A DNA stretch of 64,000 nt from NCBI GenBank assembly GCA_963702475.1, contig CAVPCT010000002.1:64001-128000 (forward strand). Reading direction: 5' to 3'. Both the position numbers and the translations under genes were made by a program. The stretch is from an uncultured Thermoleophilia bacterium (GTDB taxonomy: Bacteria; Actinomycetota; Thermoleophilia; UBA2241). The notes under the pieces were generated by a model. That model made no database searches and was not told the origin of the DNA. It saw only the letters and a list, made by a program, of their open reading frames with translations. Position 1 is the first letter of the stretch; every line of letters begins with the position of its first letter. Of this stretch, positions 10,273 to 19,179 are shown one piece after another.

Positions 10273-10312
10273 GCGGTGCGGGGCGGTGGCCGTGGCCACC
10301 GCCCCGCACCGC
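10273..10312 (+). terminator. Perfect 19-bp inverted repeat after dodecin
   Basis: GCGGTGCGGGGCGGTGGCC-gt-GGCCACCGCCCCGCACCGC. Confidence 0.65.
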
Positions 10313-10530
10313 CGTTCACGTACGGGGGGCGACCGGGGGGTCTATCGGTCGAGGTGCGACGCGAGTGCGTCGTCCGTGTGCCTCAGAGTCGGCCGCCGCG
10401 GGTACACAACAGGTCGGCGGCGGTCATCGGGACGATGCCGGCCTGCGCCTGCGGCCCCCGCCACGCGCCGGCCGGCGCCAGACCGGCGGCGCGCCCTCAT
10501 CGCGGAACCCCGCCGCGCCCGAGTGGGAGG

Positions 10531-11779
10531 ATGACAGTGGCACGTCTGCAGCTGAGCGATTTCGGTTCGATCTGGAAGACCGTCCGCGAGGTGGACATCA
10601 ACGCCGTCCGCAGGGAGGCGGAGCAGCAGGCGACAATCGCGATCATCGGGCAACAGACGGCGCTGTGGCACGTCGACCGCCTGCTGCGCGAGGGGCCCAA
10701 CCGCTACCCCCTCGTGCCGGAACAGCCGTACTTCCTGCCGCTCGCGGAGGCCGCCAAGTACCTGGACTACGTGAAGTCGGCCGACTTGCTGCTTCTGGCG
10801 CTCGACGCCCAAGGCTCCCTGAGCGAGGCTGAGGTCGCCGGCCTGCGCACGCTCGCCGCGGCGCCGCGCCCGCGCCAGGTCGTCTTCCTGATCGGCGCGG
10901 GTGCCGCCGCCCTCGACGCCGGCTCGTGGCCGGGCGCCGGCGTGGGCGGCGGGGCAGAGGGGGCCGCCGAGAACCTGGCCGCCTGGGGCCCGTATCTGGA
11001 TCAGCGTATGGCGCAGGCCGTCGACCCGGAGGCTTACGGTGCCGGCATGAAGCTGTGCGGCGCCGTGCTCGACGCCCTGCCGCACGACCTGCGCCTGGCG
11101 GCTGCGCGGCGGCTGCCCGGCCTGCGGCCGCTCTTCGCCGCGCGGCTCACCACGGAGGTGTCCGTATCGAACGCCGCCGTCGCGCTGGCGTCTGGTGTGC
11201 CCAGCATCGTGCCGATCCTGGGCATCCCGCTGGCGGCCGCCGACACGCTCATCCTCACGAAGAACCAGGTGATGATGGTCTACCGGCTCGCCCTCGCCTG
11301 CGGCGCCGAGCCGGACTTCCAGAAGCGCATGATCGAGATCACCCCGGTCATCGGCGGCGCCGTGGTGTGGCGCCAGATCGCCGGGGCGCTCGTCGGGCTC
11401 GTGCCGGGGTACGGCATCGTCCCGAAGACGGCAGTGGCGTTCGGCGGCACGTACATCGTCGGTGCTGGCGGCGACGCGCTGGTACGAGACGGGCCTGCTC
11501 ACCGACGAGGAACGCAGGCGCATCACCGCCGAGGCCGCGACCAGGGCGAAGGAGGCGGCCACGGCGATGGCTGTCCAGGCGAAGAGCGCCGGCGAGAAGG
11601 CCCGCTCAGCGGGCGACAAGGCCGGCGCACAGGCCAGGAGCGCCGCGCACGGCGTGGCCGAGCGGGCGCGCACCACGCGCGACACGGTGCTCGCGCAGGC
11701 GCGGGACGCCGGCGAGCGCGTGCGCACGGCCGGCCGCAAGGTCACGCGCCGCCAGAAGGACGACGCGCCGGGCGGGTGA
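10531..11779 (+). CDS. DUF697/YcjF-like protein with degenerate GTPase-like N-terminus (frameshift near 11461)
   Basis: VPSIVPILGIPLAAADTLILTKNQVMMVYRLA...KTAVAFGGTYIVG continues in another frame as LAATRWYE; span is 3n+1. Confidence 0.65.
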
Positions 11780-11797
11780 GCGGGCGCGGCCGCTTCG

Positions 11798-12379
11798 TCA
11801 CGGCCCGAGCGTGGCGTACAGCTCGTCGGCGAAGGGCAGCAGAAGCTCGGTCTCGGGGTGCCTGAGCTGCCGGGGGTCGGCAGCCTCCCAGCGGCCGAGC
11901 CGCACGCGGTCCAGCGCGTCCGCGTCCTTGAGGAGCCACAGGATGCGCAGGGCCCGGCAGGGATCCTGGGGGACGCCGGCATCCCGACCGTCCGACCGCC
12001 GCGCGGACCACTCGTCGAGCTCGCTCACCGCCGTCCGGTCCGGTCGCGAGTGGTACGTCACGGCGAACAGCACGAGGCAGGACTCGCTCCGCGTGAGGCC
12101 GGCGACGAGGCCCAGCCGTCGCGCCCGGGACGCGCTCGCGGCCCCGTGCCGCGGATCCTCGCCGTCGTGCCGCCGGCCGATATCGTGCAGCAGGGCGGCG
12201 CGCAGCACGAGGCGCGTGTCGTCCTCACCCCACCCAAGGAGCGCCGTGAGGCGCTGGGCGTAGATGTGCACACGCTGCGCGTGGCGCACGCCGTGCAGGC
12301 GCGAGTCGTGCCGGAACCACTGGGACGGCACCTGCGGGGCGCGGGCGAGCCAGGCGGCGACCTCGCCGGCCTCGGTCAC
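11798..12379 (-). CDS. HD-domain metal-dependent phosphohydrolase
   Basis: HGVRHAQRV...ALLHDIGRRHD...HG...YHS...LKDADALDRVRLG. GTGA overlap with the XRE gene. Confidence 0.85.
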   Translation of the reverse strand: MTEAGEVAAWLARAPQVPSQWFRHDSRLHGVRHAQRVHIYAQRLTALLGWGEDDTRLVLRAALLHDIGRRHDGEDPRHGAASASRARRLGLVAGLTRSESCLVLFAVTYHSRPDRTAVSELDEWSARRSDGRDAGVPQDPCRALRILWLLKDADALDRVRLGRWEAADPRQLRHPETELLLPFADELYATLGP

Positions 12380-14100
12380 GCGAGTCCCAGGGCGTCGAGC
12401 TGCTCCGCCAGCGCGCCGGGTCGCAGGTGGAGCATGGCGGCAGCGTCCTCGAGGCTGAGCCGGCCGTCGCGGAGCGCGGCGAGCGCCCGGGCGCGCATGC
12501 ACGCCGGCACGCGCAGCACCGCCGGCGGGCCGAACTCGCCCACGGGCAGGACCTCGGCCGGCGTGAGGTGCGCCAGCGTGTCCTTGGGCCCGCCCAGGAA
12601 CGCCTGCCGCGGGAGGAGCTCCCACTCCTGGTGCTTCATCTGCGAGCGCAGCGCGGTGAACTGCTTGACGTGGAGGCGGCCCGCCGCGCGGGAGCGGAAG
12701 AGGGCTGCCCAAGCGCTGATGCCGAACGCATTGGCGAGCTCGAGGAGCGTGTCGAGGCCCGGGTTGCGGGGCAGGTCCTGGCGGCGGCCGTACCAGCGGT
12801 CGACGGCGCGCACCGGGGCGAGGAACTCCTCGGCGAAGTCGTTGGCGGCGGCCTCACGAGGATTGGCGCGGCTCCAGCCGATGCTCTCGTCAACCACGTC
12901 GCCGTGACCCAGCACGAGGTGGGCGAACGCGTGCACCAGGGCGAAGCGCTGCAAGACCACGGGGCGCCCGGCGTTGACGAACACGAAGGGCACCCCGTCC
13001 TCCACCACGGTGGCGGCGACGGGGTGCGGGTCGCTCTCGATGCCGATGCGTGCGGCGAGCTCCGGCTCGGGACCGCTCACGCGGGCGACGACCACCTGGA
13101 CGCCGAGGCCGTCCTCGACGAGCGGGACGAGGTCCGGCACCGGGCCGTCGTCAGGCTCCACGTGGAGCTCGCCGCGCCAGAACCGGGCGACGCGGTCGTA
13201 GAGCACGTCGCCCGCCCCCGGCGGCGGGATCACCGGCTGCCATGGCCGCGCCGCGAACGCCGGCTTGCCCTCGGCGGTCTGCCCCGTGCTCCACGGGAGG
13301 TCCGGCCCGGTCTGCTCCGTCAGCTCCCGCAGGACGAACCAGTCGCGCACGACGCCGGCGACGGCCGCCGCCCAGTCCTCGCCGGCGGTGCGCGCGGAGG
13401 CGCCGGCGGGGAGCGCGGCCTGCGCGGCCTGGAGGGCCTCGGCGCGAAGGGCTTCGGCGGGGAGGGCGCCGGCGAGTACGTCGGGCCCGGGGGGCTCGGG
13501 TCCGGGCGAGGCGGCCGGCGGCAGGGGCGCAGACGTGCGTGACATCGGCAGCACGCCCGGCGCCGCCGCGGCGGCGACCGGCGCCTCGCCGGCCGCCAGA
13601 GGTGGTGCGCCGCCGACGCTCCCGGCCCCGACGAAGCCGTCCACGTCCGGGTGTTCGAAGGCGCGGTCCGGGTGCAGCGCCCGGAACGCGAGAGGGCGCT
13701 CCCCGGGCGCGCGCCGCGCGCCGCCGGACTCCCCGCGAGGGGCCGCCCGGTGTCTCGCCCGTTCGATGGCGGTGAGCAGCTCGTGCTCGCCCGAGGCCGG
13801 CCTCGTCGCCCGGGCGGCGCTCGATCGCCGCACCTCGGCGTAGTCCGGCCGGCCCCACGCCCGTCCGGTGCCGGTCGCCTGTCCGCTGCCGCTCCCGAGC
13901 AGTGCGTCGGCGCTCACGTGGAACAGGTCGGCGAAGCGCTGCAGCTCGGCGGCCGAGACGCGCCGCCGTCCGGCCTCGACGCGGCTGACGGCGGATTGAT
14001 CCAGACCCACCGCTCCGGCGAGCTCGCGCTGGCTCCAGCCGCGCTGCGCGCGCAGGCGCGCTATCCGCGTCCCGACGTCTTCTTGATGCTCTGCGCGCAT
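12376..14100 (-). CDS. XRE-family HTH fused to ImmA/IrrE (M78)-like domain with degenerate HExxH
   Basis: RIARLRAQRGWSQRELAGAVGLDQSAVSRVEAGRR; QRFALVHAFAHLVLGH...EAAANDFAEEFLAP. Confidence 0.85.
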   Translation of the reverse strand: MRAEHQEDVGTRIARLRAQRGWSQRELAGAVGLDQSAVSRVEAGRRRVSAAELQRFADLFHVSADALLGSGSGQATGTGRAWGRPDYAEVRRSSAARATRPASGEHELLTAIERARHRAAPRGESGGARRAPGERPLAFRALHPDRAFEHPDVDGFVGAGSVGGAPPLAAGEAPVAAAAAPGVLPMSRTSAPLPPAASPGPEPPGPDVLAGALPAEALRAEALQAAQAALPAGASARTAGEDWAAAVAGVVRDWFVLRELTEQTGPDLPWSTGQTAEGKPAFAARPWQPVIPPPGAGDVLYDRVARFWRGELHVEPDDGPVPDLVPLVEDGLGVQVVVARVSGPEPELAARIGIESDPHPVAATVVEDGVPFVFVNAGRPVVLQRFALVHAFAHLVLGHGDVVDESIGWSRANPREAAANDFAEEFLAPVRAVDRWYGRRQDLPRNPGLDTLLELANAFGISAWAALFRSRAAGRLHVKQFTALRSQMKHQEWELLPRQAFLGGPKDTLAHLTPAEVLPVGEFGPPAVLRVPACMRARALAALRDGRLSLEDAAAMLHLRPGALAEQLDALGLA

Positions 14101-14187
14101 CGTTTCCGTCCCCTTGTGTCGCTACATTGAGTCTAGCAGGTCGTTCTCCGCACCGATCAGGTTCCCTCCCGACTGGGAGGACCGCTC

Positions 14188-14216
14188 TTGCAATAGATGT
14201 TAGTATCACATATACT
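14188..14216 (+). promoter_or_regulatory. Near-consensus sigma70/SigA promoter for the ARPP-1-like operon
   Basis: TTGCAA-17 nt-TATACT in an AT-rich intergenic island; imperfect dyad ATGT...ACAT within the spacer. Confidence 0.75.
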
Positions 14217-14339
14217 CCGGGAATAGTGAAGACGTATCGATGCTCAATAGTCATGAACTGCTGGCCCCAGCCTCGGATGGGAGGAGCCGCTCGCCGGCCG
14301 GACCGGGCCGACGAGCGGCGTTATGGAGAGGAGACACCC

Positions 14340-15380
14340 ATGGCCGATACGCACGACGCCTTCGCGGCCGACACTCTGACGCGCACGCTGTGTCTGGGCG
14401 AGCGCCTGACGCACGGGCCGCTGGCCGTGTTCCCGTTGTTCACCGACCGGGACGCGCCCCAGGCCCCGCGCCCGCACTTCGTCACACTCCGGCAGGCGCT
14501 GAACGAGGGTCTGGTCACCGTGACCGAAGTGAGCGAGAGCGGGTCGGTCCCCGACTTGCGTCTCGTCAACAACGGCGACCGTCGCGTGCTCGTGCTCGAC
14601 GGCGAGGAGCTGCGCGGCGCGAAGCAGAACCGCGTGCTCAACACCAGCATCCTGGTGTGCGGGCACAGCACCCTGGTGGTGCCGGTCAGCTGCACCGAGG
14701 CCGGCCGCTGGTCCTACGCTTCGCGCGAGTTCGCCGAAAGTGAGATCGTCGCCGAGCGGCAGGTCAGGCGAGCCATGCGCGAGACCACGCACGCCGCGCT
14801 GGCCGCCGGCGCAGGCCACCGCACCGACCAGGGGCGCGTGTGGCGCGAGGTCGACGCCGTGCACGCCAGGCAGCAGACGCGCTCGGCCACGCACGCGATG
14901 CGCGACTCGTACGAGCTCAAGAAGCGTGACCTCGACGAGGTCGTCGCCGCGTTCCCTCTGAGCGACCACCAGAAGGGCGTGCTCGTCCTGCACGGCGGGC
15001 GCGTCGTCGGCCTGGACTACGTGTCGCGCTCGCGGCAGTACGCGGACCTGCACGACAAGCTGCTGCGCAGCTACGCCTTCGAGGCGCTCGTGCGAAACGG
15101 GGAGCCGGGCGATCGCGTTGTCGCCGAGGCGTTCCTCGGTCGCATCGCCGGGCTCGGCGGCCGGCGCTTCAAGAGCCCGGGGCTCGGCTGGGACGTGCGC
15201 TTCCAGGGCGCCGGCGTGCTGGGCTCGGCCCTCGTGTACCGCGGCAGTGCCGTGCACGCCGCCTTCTTCGACGTGGGCGACGTCGACGGCGCCGGCGAGC
15301 CCGGCGCCGAGCGGCCGCGGCAGCCCGAGTGGCGCATCGCCGACGCCCGCGAGCGCGCCCGGCGGCGGACGGCCGGGTGA
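14340..15380 (+). CDS. ARPP-1 / DUF6569-like protein
   Basis: LAVFPL...VTEVSESGSVPDLRLVN...LDGEELRGAKQNRVLNTSILV...VPVSCTEAGRW...DQGRVW...HDKLLRSYA, recognised by eye; GAGGAG RBS. Confidence 0.78.
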   Translation: MADTHDAFAADTLTRTLCLGERLTHGPLAVFPLFTDRDAPQAPRPHFVTLRQALNEGLVTVTEVSESGSVPDLRLVNNGDRRVLVLDGEELRGAKQNRVLNTSILVCGHSTLVVPVSCTEAGRWSYASREFAESEIVAERQVRRAMRETTHAALAAGAGHRTDQGRVWREVDAVHARQQTRSATHAMRDSYELKKRDLDEVVAAFPLSDHQKGVLVLHGGRVVGLDYVSRSRQYADLHDKLLRSYAFEALVRNGEPGDRVVAEAFLGRIAGLGGRRFKSPGLGWDVRFQGAGVLGSALVYRGSAVHAAFFDVGDVDGAGEPGAERPRQPEWRIADARERARRRTAG

Positions 15381-15413
15381 GAGCCGCCGCCGGCACCACC
15401 GAAAGGAGTCACC

Positions 15414-16359
15414 ATGCAAGATGAGACGCGCCAAAGGTCGTACCGGGCCGCGGCCGCCATCACGCGGGAGAAGCTCCGGCGCGACGCGCCGGAGAGGGCC
15501 CGCGCCCTCGACCAGGTCGAGGACAGCGACATCGTGGTGGTGGGCGGCATCTACGATCACGTCGAGTCCGTGCTCCAGGCGCTCGACGTGCCCCACTCGC
15601 TGGTCGCGCCGGAGCAGGTCGACCATCTCACGCTGCGCCCCGAGCAGCTGCTCATCGTCAACTGCCCGGGCAACGTCTCGCCGGCCGCGCTGCGCAGGAT
15701 CCGTGCGTTCGTCGAGGCCGGTGGCAGCCTGTTCACCACCGACTGGGCGCTCAAGCACGTCATCGAGCCGGCCTTCCCTGGTGTGCTGGCATTCGAGAAG
15801 GCGCCCACGCGCGACGACGTGGTGCGCATCGAGGTCCGCGACCCGGACAGCATCTACCTGCAGGGCGTGCTGGACGGCCAGGACGACCCGCAGTGGTGGC
15901 TGGAGGGGTCCTCGTACCCCATCACCGATCCTGGACGAGGAGCGCGTGCGAGTGCTCATCACGAGCCGCGAGCTGGGGGAGAAGTACGGTGAGACGCCGG
16001 TGGCGGTGTGGTTCCGCTGGGGCGAGGGCGACGTGTTCCACATGATCAGCCACTACTACCTGCAACGCACCGAGCTGCGCACTGCGCGGCACCGAGGCGC
16101 CGCCGCCGGCTACTTCGCCGAGCAGGCGGTGACCATGTCGCCGGCCATGGTGCGTGAGTTCGGCGACCTCAGTCTCGCCGACGTGGAATCGGCCAAGCCC
16201 TCGGCGGCGTTCATGGCGAACGTCATCATCGAGAAGAAGCGGGCCGCCGAGCGGCGCGAGGAGGCCGCGCCAGGCAGCGGCGCCGCTCGCGACGCTTCCG
16301 CGTCGGACGGCGGGCCGCCGGTCGCCCCTCCGCCTGACGCTCCGAAGGATCCGGAGTGA
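15414..16359 (+). CDS. Hypothetical protein with class I glutamine amidotransferase-like fold (frameshift near 15926)
   Basis: IVVVGGIYDHVESVL, LIVNCPG, FVEAGGSLFTTDWAL, then frame switch to ILDEERVRVLI...GDVFHMISHYYLQ; GAAAGGAG RBS. Confidence 0.6.
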
Positions 16360-16454
16360 CCCGATGCCTCTGGACTGCGAGGAGCGGGTGCCGGCCGCGC
16401 GGTGGGAGGTGCGAGGCCCCGCGCCTCCCGCCGCGCCCGCCGTCAGGGCGCCTC

Positions 16455-16664
16455 TCAGCAGCTCACCGTCGCCTCTCTGTGGTCGTCGTCGTCGACGTGC
16501 CGCAGCCACTCGGCGCAGGCGAGGAATTCCTCGTCGCAGGTCACGCAACGGTACTTGTCGACTTTCGCCGTGTCACCGTGCATGGTGTTCATGTGGTACT
16601 CCAGGCTGCGGTGCGAGTCGAACTCCGCTCTGCAGTGTGGGCACGGGAACATCTGGAAGCTCAT
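16455..16664 (-). CDS. Small protein with two tandem C2H2 zinc fingers (69 aa)
   Basis: CPHC-x3-F-x5-L-x2-H-x4-H and CVTC-x3-F-x8-H-x5-H; GAGGGGG RBS. Confidence 0.75.
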   Translation of the reverse strand: MSFQMFPCPHCRAEFDSHRSLEYHMNTMHGDTAKVDKYRCVTCDEEFLACAEWLRHVDDDDHREATVSC

Positions 16665-16746
16665 GGTGGACCCCCTCGCGGCAGTTTCGAGCGTAGTACT
16701 AGTCAATACCCGCAGAAGCGAGGGGCCACACACAAGGAGGACTGCG

Positions 16747-17292
16747 ATGAACGGTGATGCGGGCGTGCGCGACGATGTCGGGAGCCGCATGGAGGTGGTG
16801 GAGGGCGACATCACCGGACTCGACGTCGACGCGATCGTGAACGCGGCGAACTCCTCGCTGCGCGGCGGCGGCGGGGTGGACGGCGCCATACACCGGGCGG
16901 CGGGGCCGCTGCTGGTGCGGGAGTCGGCGTCCCTGGCGCCCTGCCCGGCCGGCGAGGCGCGGATCACGAAGGGATACGACCTGCCGGCGCGGCACGTGAT
17001 CCACACGGTGGGACCCGTGTGGCACGGCGGCGAAAGTGGCGAGGCCGGGCTGTTGCGGTCGTGCTACACGGGATCTCTCCGACTGGCGGAGGAGACCGGA
17101 CTGCAGAGCATCGCCTTTCCCGGTATCTCCACCGGCGTCTACGGCTACCCGGCCGACCAGGCGTGCGAGGTGGCCGTGAGCGCCGTCACCGACTGGCTCA
17201 CGGCTCACGACCTGCCGCAGCGGGTCGTGTTCTGCTGCTTCGGGGCAAGCGCCGCGGCGTTGTACCGGCGGCGCCTCGGCAGCGAGGCCTGA
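16747..17292 (+). CDS. ymdB: Macrodomain protein (O-acetyl-ADP-ribose deacetylase, YmdB/MacroD-like)
   Basis: GDIT..DVDAIVNAANSSLRGGGGVDGAIHRAAG, VIHTVGPVW, FPGISTGVYGYP. Confidence 0.92.
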   Translation: MNGDAGVRDDVGSRMEVVEGDITGLDVDAIVNAANSSLRGGGGVDGAIHRAAGPLLVRESASLAPCPAGEARITKGYDLPARHVIHTVGPVWHGGESGEAGLLRSCYTGSLRLAEETGLQSIAFPGISTGVYGYPADQACEVAVSAVTDWLTAHDLPQRVVFCCFGASAAALYRRRLGSEA

Positions 17293-17495
17293 GGGGGCGT
17301 AGGGGCTCCACGGCCGAGGCGCTGGTCTGGGTAACGGGGGCCGGGCCCGACGTCGGGCGGCCCGGCCGCAGGGTGGCCCTCGGGAGCCTCGAGGCCTCGG
17401 GCCCGCCGTCCTCGTCGCCTTCGCCGACCTCGTCTCGTACCGCTTCGTGACCGGCGCCTTCGGCGAAGGTACGCTGACGCTGCGCGCGCGGTACC

Positions 17496-18119
17496 ATGGC
17501 CTTCGTCGAGGTGGCGGGCCAGGATCCGACCGGGTTCTCGGTGGACCTGGCCGCGGAGATCGCCGAGCGCCTGGGCCGCACGCTCCAGGTGACGTTCGAG
17601 CAGTTCTCCGACCTCTTCCCGATGGTGGACGCCGGGGCGGCGGACATCGCGATGTCCGCCATCAGCATCACTCCCCAGCGCCGGAAGCAGGTCGACTTCT
17701 CGGCGCCGTACTTCGACTCGGGCCAGGCGCTGCTGGTGCGCACCGGTTCCGGGATCACCGGGACGCAGGACCTGGAGGGCAGGGCCGTGGGCGCGCTGGA
17801 GGGCTCGACGAACGAGCAGGAGGCCGAGCGCATCGCCGGCGTCGGCCGCATCGTGACCTTTGCCGACAAGGAGCCGATGTTCGACGCGCTCCTGGAGGGC
17901 ACGCTCGACGCGGTCGTTTGCGACACACCGTTCGCGCTGTACAACGCCAGGCTGACCGGGCAGACACAGGTCGCCGAGACCCTCACGACCGGAGACCGGT
18001 ACGGCATCGCCTTGAAGAAGGGGAACACCGAGCTGCGGGGCGCCGTCGACGACGCCCTGGCGGAAATCAAGGCAGACGGCACCTACGACCGGCTGTACGT
18101 GGAGTACTTCGGGGAGTGA
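17496..18119 (+). CDS. Polar amino-acid ABC substrate-binding protein (family 3), 5' end truncated or disrupted
   Basis: GFSVDLA, SAISITPQRRKQVDFSAPY, YGIALKKGN, DGTYDRL. No in-frame signal peptide (TGA at 17475). Confidence 0.8.
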   Translation: MAFVEVAGQDPTGFSVDLAAEIAERLGRTLQVTFEQFSDLFPMVDAGAADIAMSAISITPQRRKQVDFSAPYFDSGQALLVRTGSGITGTQDLEGRAVGALEGSTNEQEAERIAGVGRIVTFADKEPMFDALLEGTLDAVVCDTPFALYNARLTGQTQVAETLTTGDRYGIALKKGNTELRGAVDDALAEIKADGTYDRLYVEYFGE

Positions 18120-18190
18120 GGCAGGCGGCGGGCGCGCGCGGCCAATGCGGGAGCGCCCGTGGAGCCCCACGGCCGCCTGCGCTGCGGCCG

Positions 18191-18457
18191 TCAGTTCGGG
18201 TGGTACCCGTGCGGCCAGGCGGCGCCCGGCGTCGGTCCGTCCGGCGCCGGCGCGCCGCCTCCGCCGAGGACGTTCTCGAGCGTGGCGTCGGCGAGGGCGA
18301 CGAGGACGCCGGCGATCTCCTCGGCGGTGCAGTCGAAGCCCTCGCTGCGGATGAGTTGCATCCGCGCGTCCACGTCCTGCTCGGCCAGCACCCTGGCGCG
18401 GAACTCGTCGTCCGCGTGCACCCGCTCGATGAACCGTCTGGCCTGCTCGATGGACAC
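18191..18457 (-). CDS. Nif11-like leader peptide RiPP precursor
   Basis: MSIEQARRFIERVHADDEFRARV...IRSEGFDCTAEEI...LADATLENVLGG followed by core GGAPAPDGPTPGAAWPHGYHPN. Confidence 0.85.
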   Translation of the reverse strand: MSIEQARRFIERVHADDEFRARVLAEQDVDARMQLIRSEGFDCTAEEIAGVLVALADATLENVLGGGGAPAPDGPTPGAAWPHGYHPN

Positions 18458-18795
18458 CTGACTCCCTCGCTCCGAGCCGCGGGCCGTGCGCCTCGACAGG
18501 CGCGCCGGCTCGTTCTGCCTTCGTTATCGGCAGGGGGCCGCCGCCGGTGCAGTCCCGAGTCGCTGCCGGAGTGACAGGCGCGCGCTCGTCCCGGCGCCGT
18601 CCCGGCCTGCCTGCCCGGCGCCGTCCTGGCCGTCGGAGCAATCCGTCGATCCAGCGCCGCCAGCGCGTGCGGAAGAGCTGCAGCTGGCGGCGCTCCCGGT
18701 CCGGCGGCAGGTCGGCGGCCGTGATGGACCGGAGCGCCAGTCTCTCGAGTGTCTCGAGCCGGCCGGGCCAAGAAGTCGGCCGGGCCGCGGCGCGG

Positions 18796-19179
18796 TCAGC
18801 CGGGCCGGACGATGCCGCGGCGCTCGTAGGCCGCCGCGGCCTCGCGGACGAGCACTGCGCACAGGGGCGCGGCCGCGGCGTCCAGACGGGTGGCGAGCGC
18901 CTCCAGCTCTGGCCCAGTCGAGCGGCCGGGCCGGAGCGTCTCGTAGATGGCGAGCACGTCGTCGTCCGGAAGAGCGGTGAGTTCGGCGGCGCGCCGCAGG
19001 TTCTCGCCGAGCTGCGGGTTGCCGTGCTCCTCGGCGACGGCGGCCTGGCGGCGCAGCGTGTCGGGGTGGACGCGCAGGTCAGCTGGGGAGAGGTCGCCGC
19101 GAACGGCGGCCTCCAGCGTGAGCTCCTCGAGCGGCCGGCCGCTCAGGGCGCGGCAGACGAAGCCGTCCGCGCCGGTCAT
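18796..19179 (-). CDS. pduE: Diol/glycerol dehydratase small (gamma) subunit
   Basis: SGRPLEELTLEA, DLRVHPDTLRRQA, NLRRAAELT, YETLRPGRST, VREAA. Confidence 0.9.
   Translation of the reverse strand: MTGADGFVCRALSGRPLEELTLEAAVRGDLSPADLRVHPDTLRRQAAVAEEHGNPQLGENLRRAAELTALPDDDVLAIYETLRPGRSTGPELEALATRLDAAAAPLCAVLVREAAAAYERRGIVRPG

Noticed and set aside
14117-14140. PafBC (RecA-NDp) motif in the XRE/ARPP-1 intergenic region
   Set aside because: TGTCGC is followed by TA at the wrong spacing and has a mismatch; not convincing.
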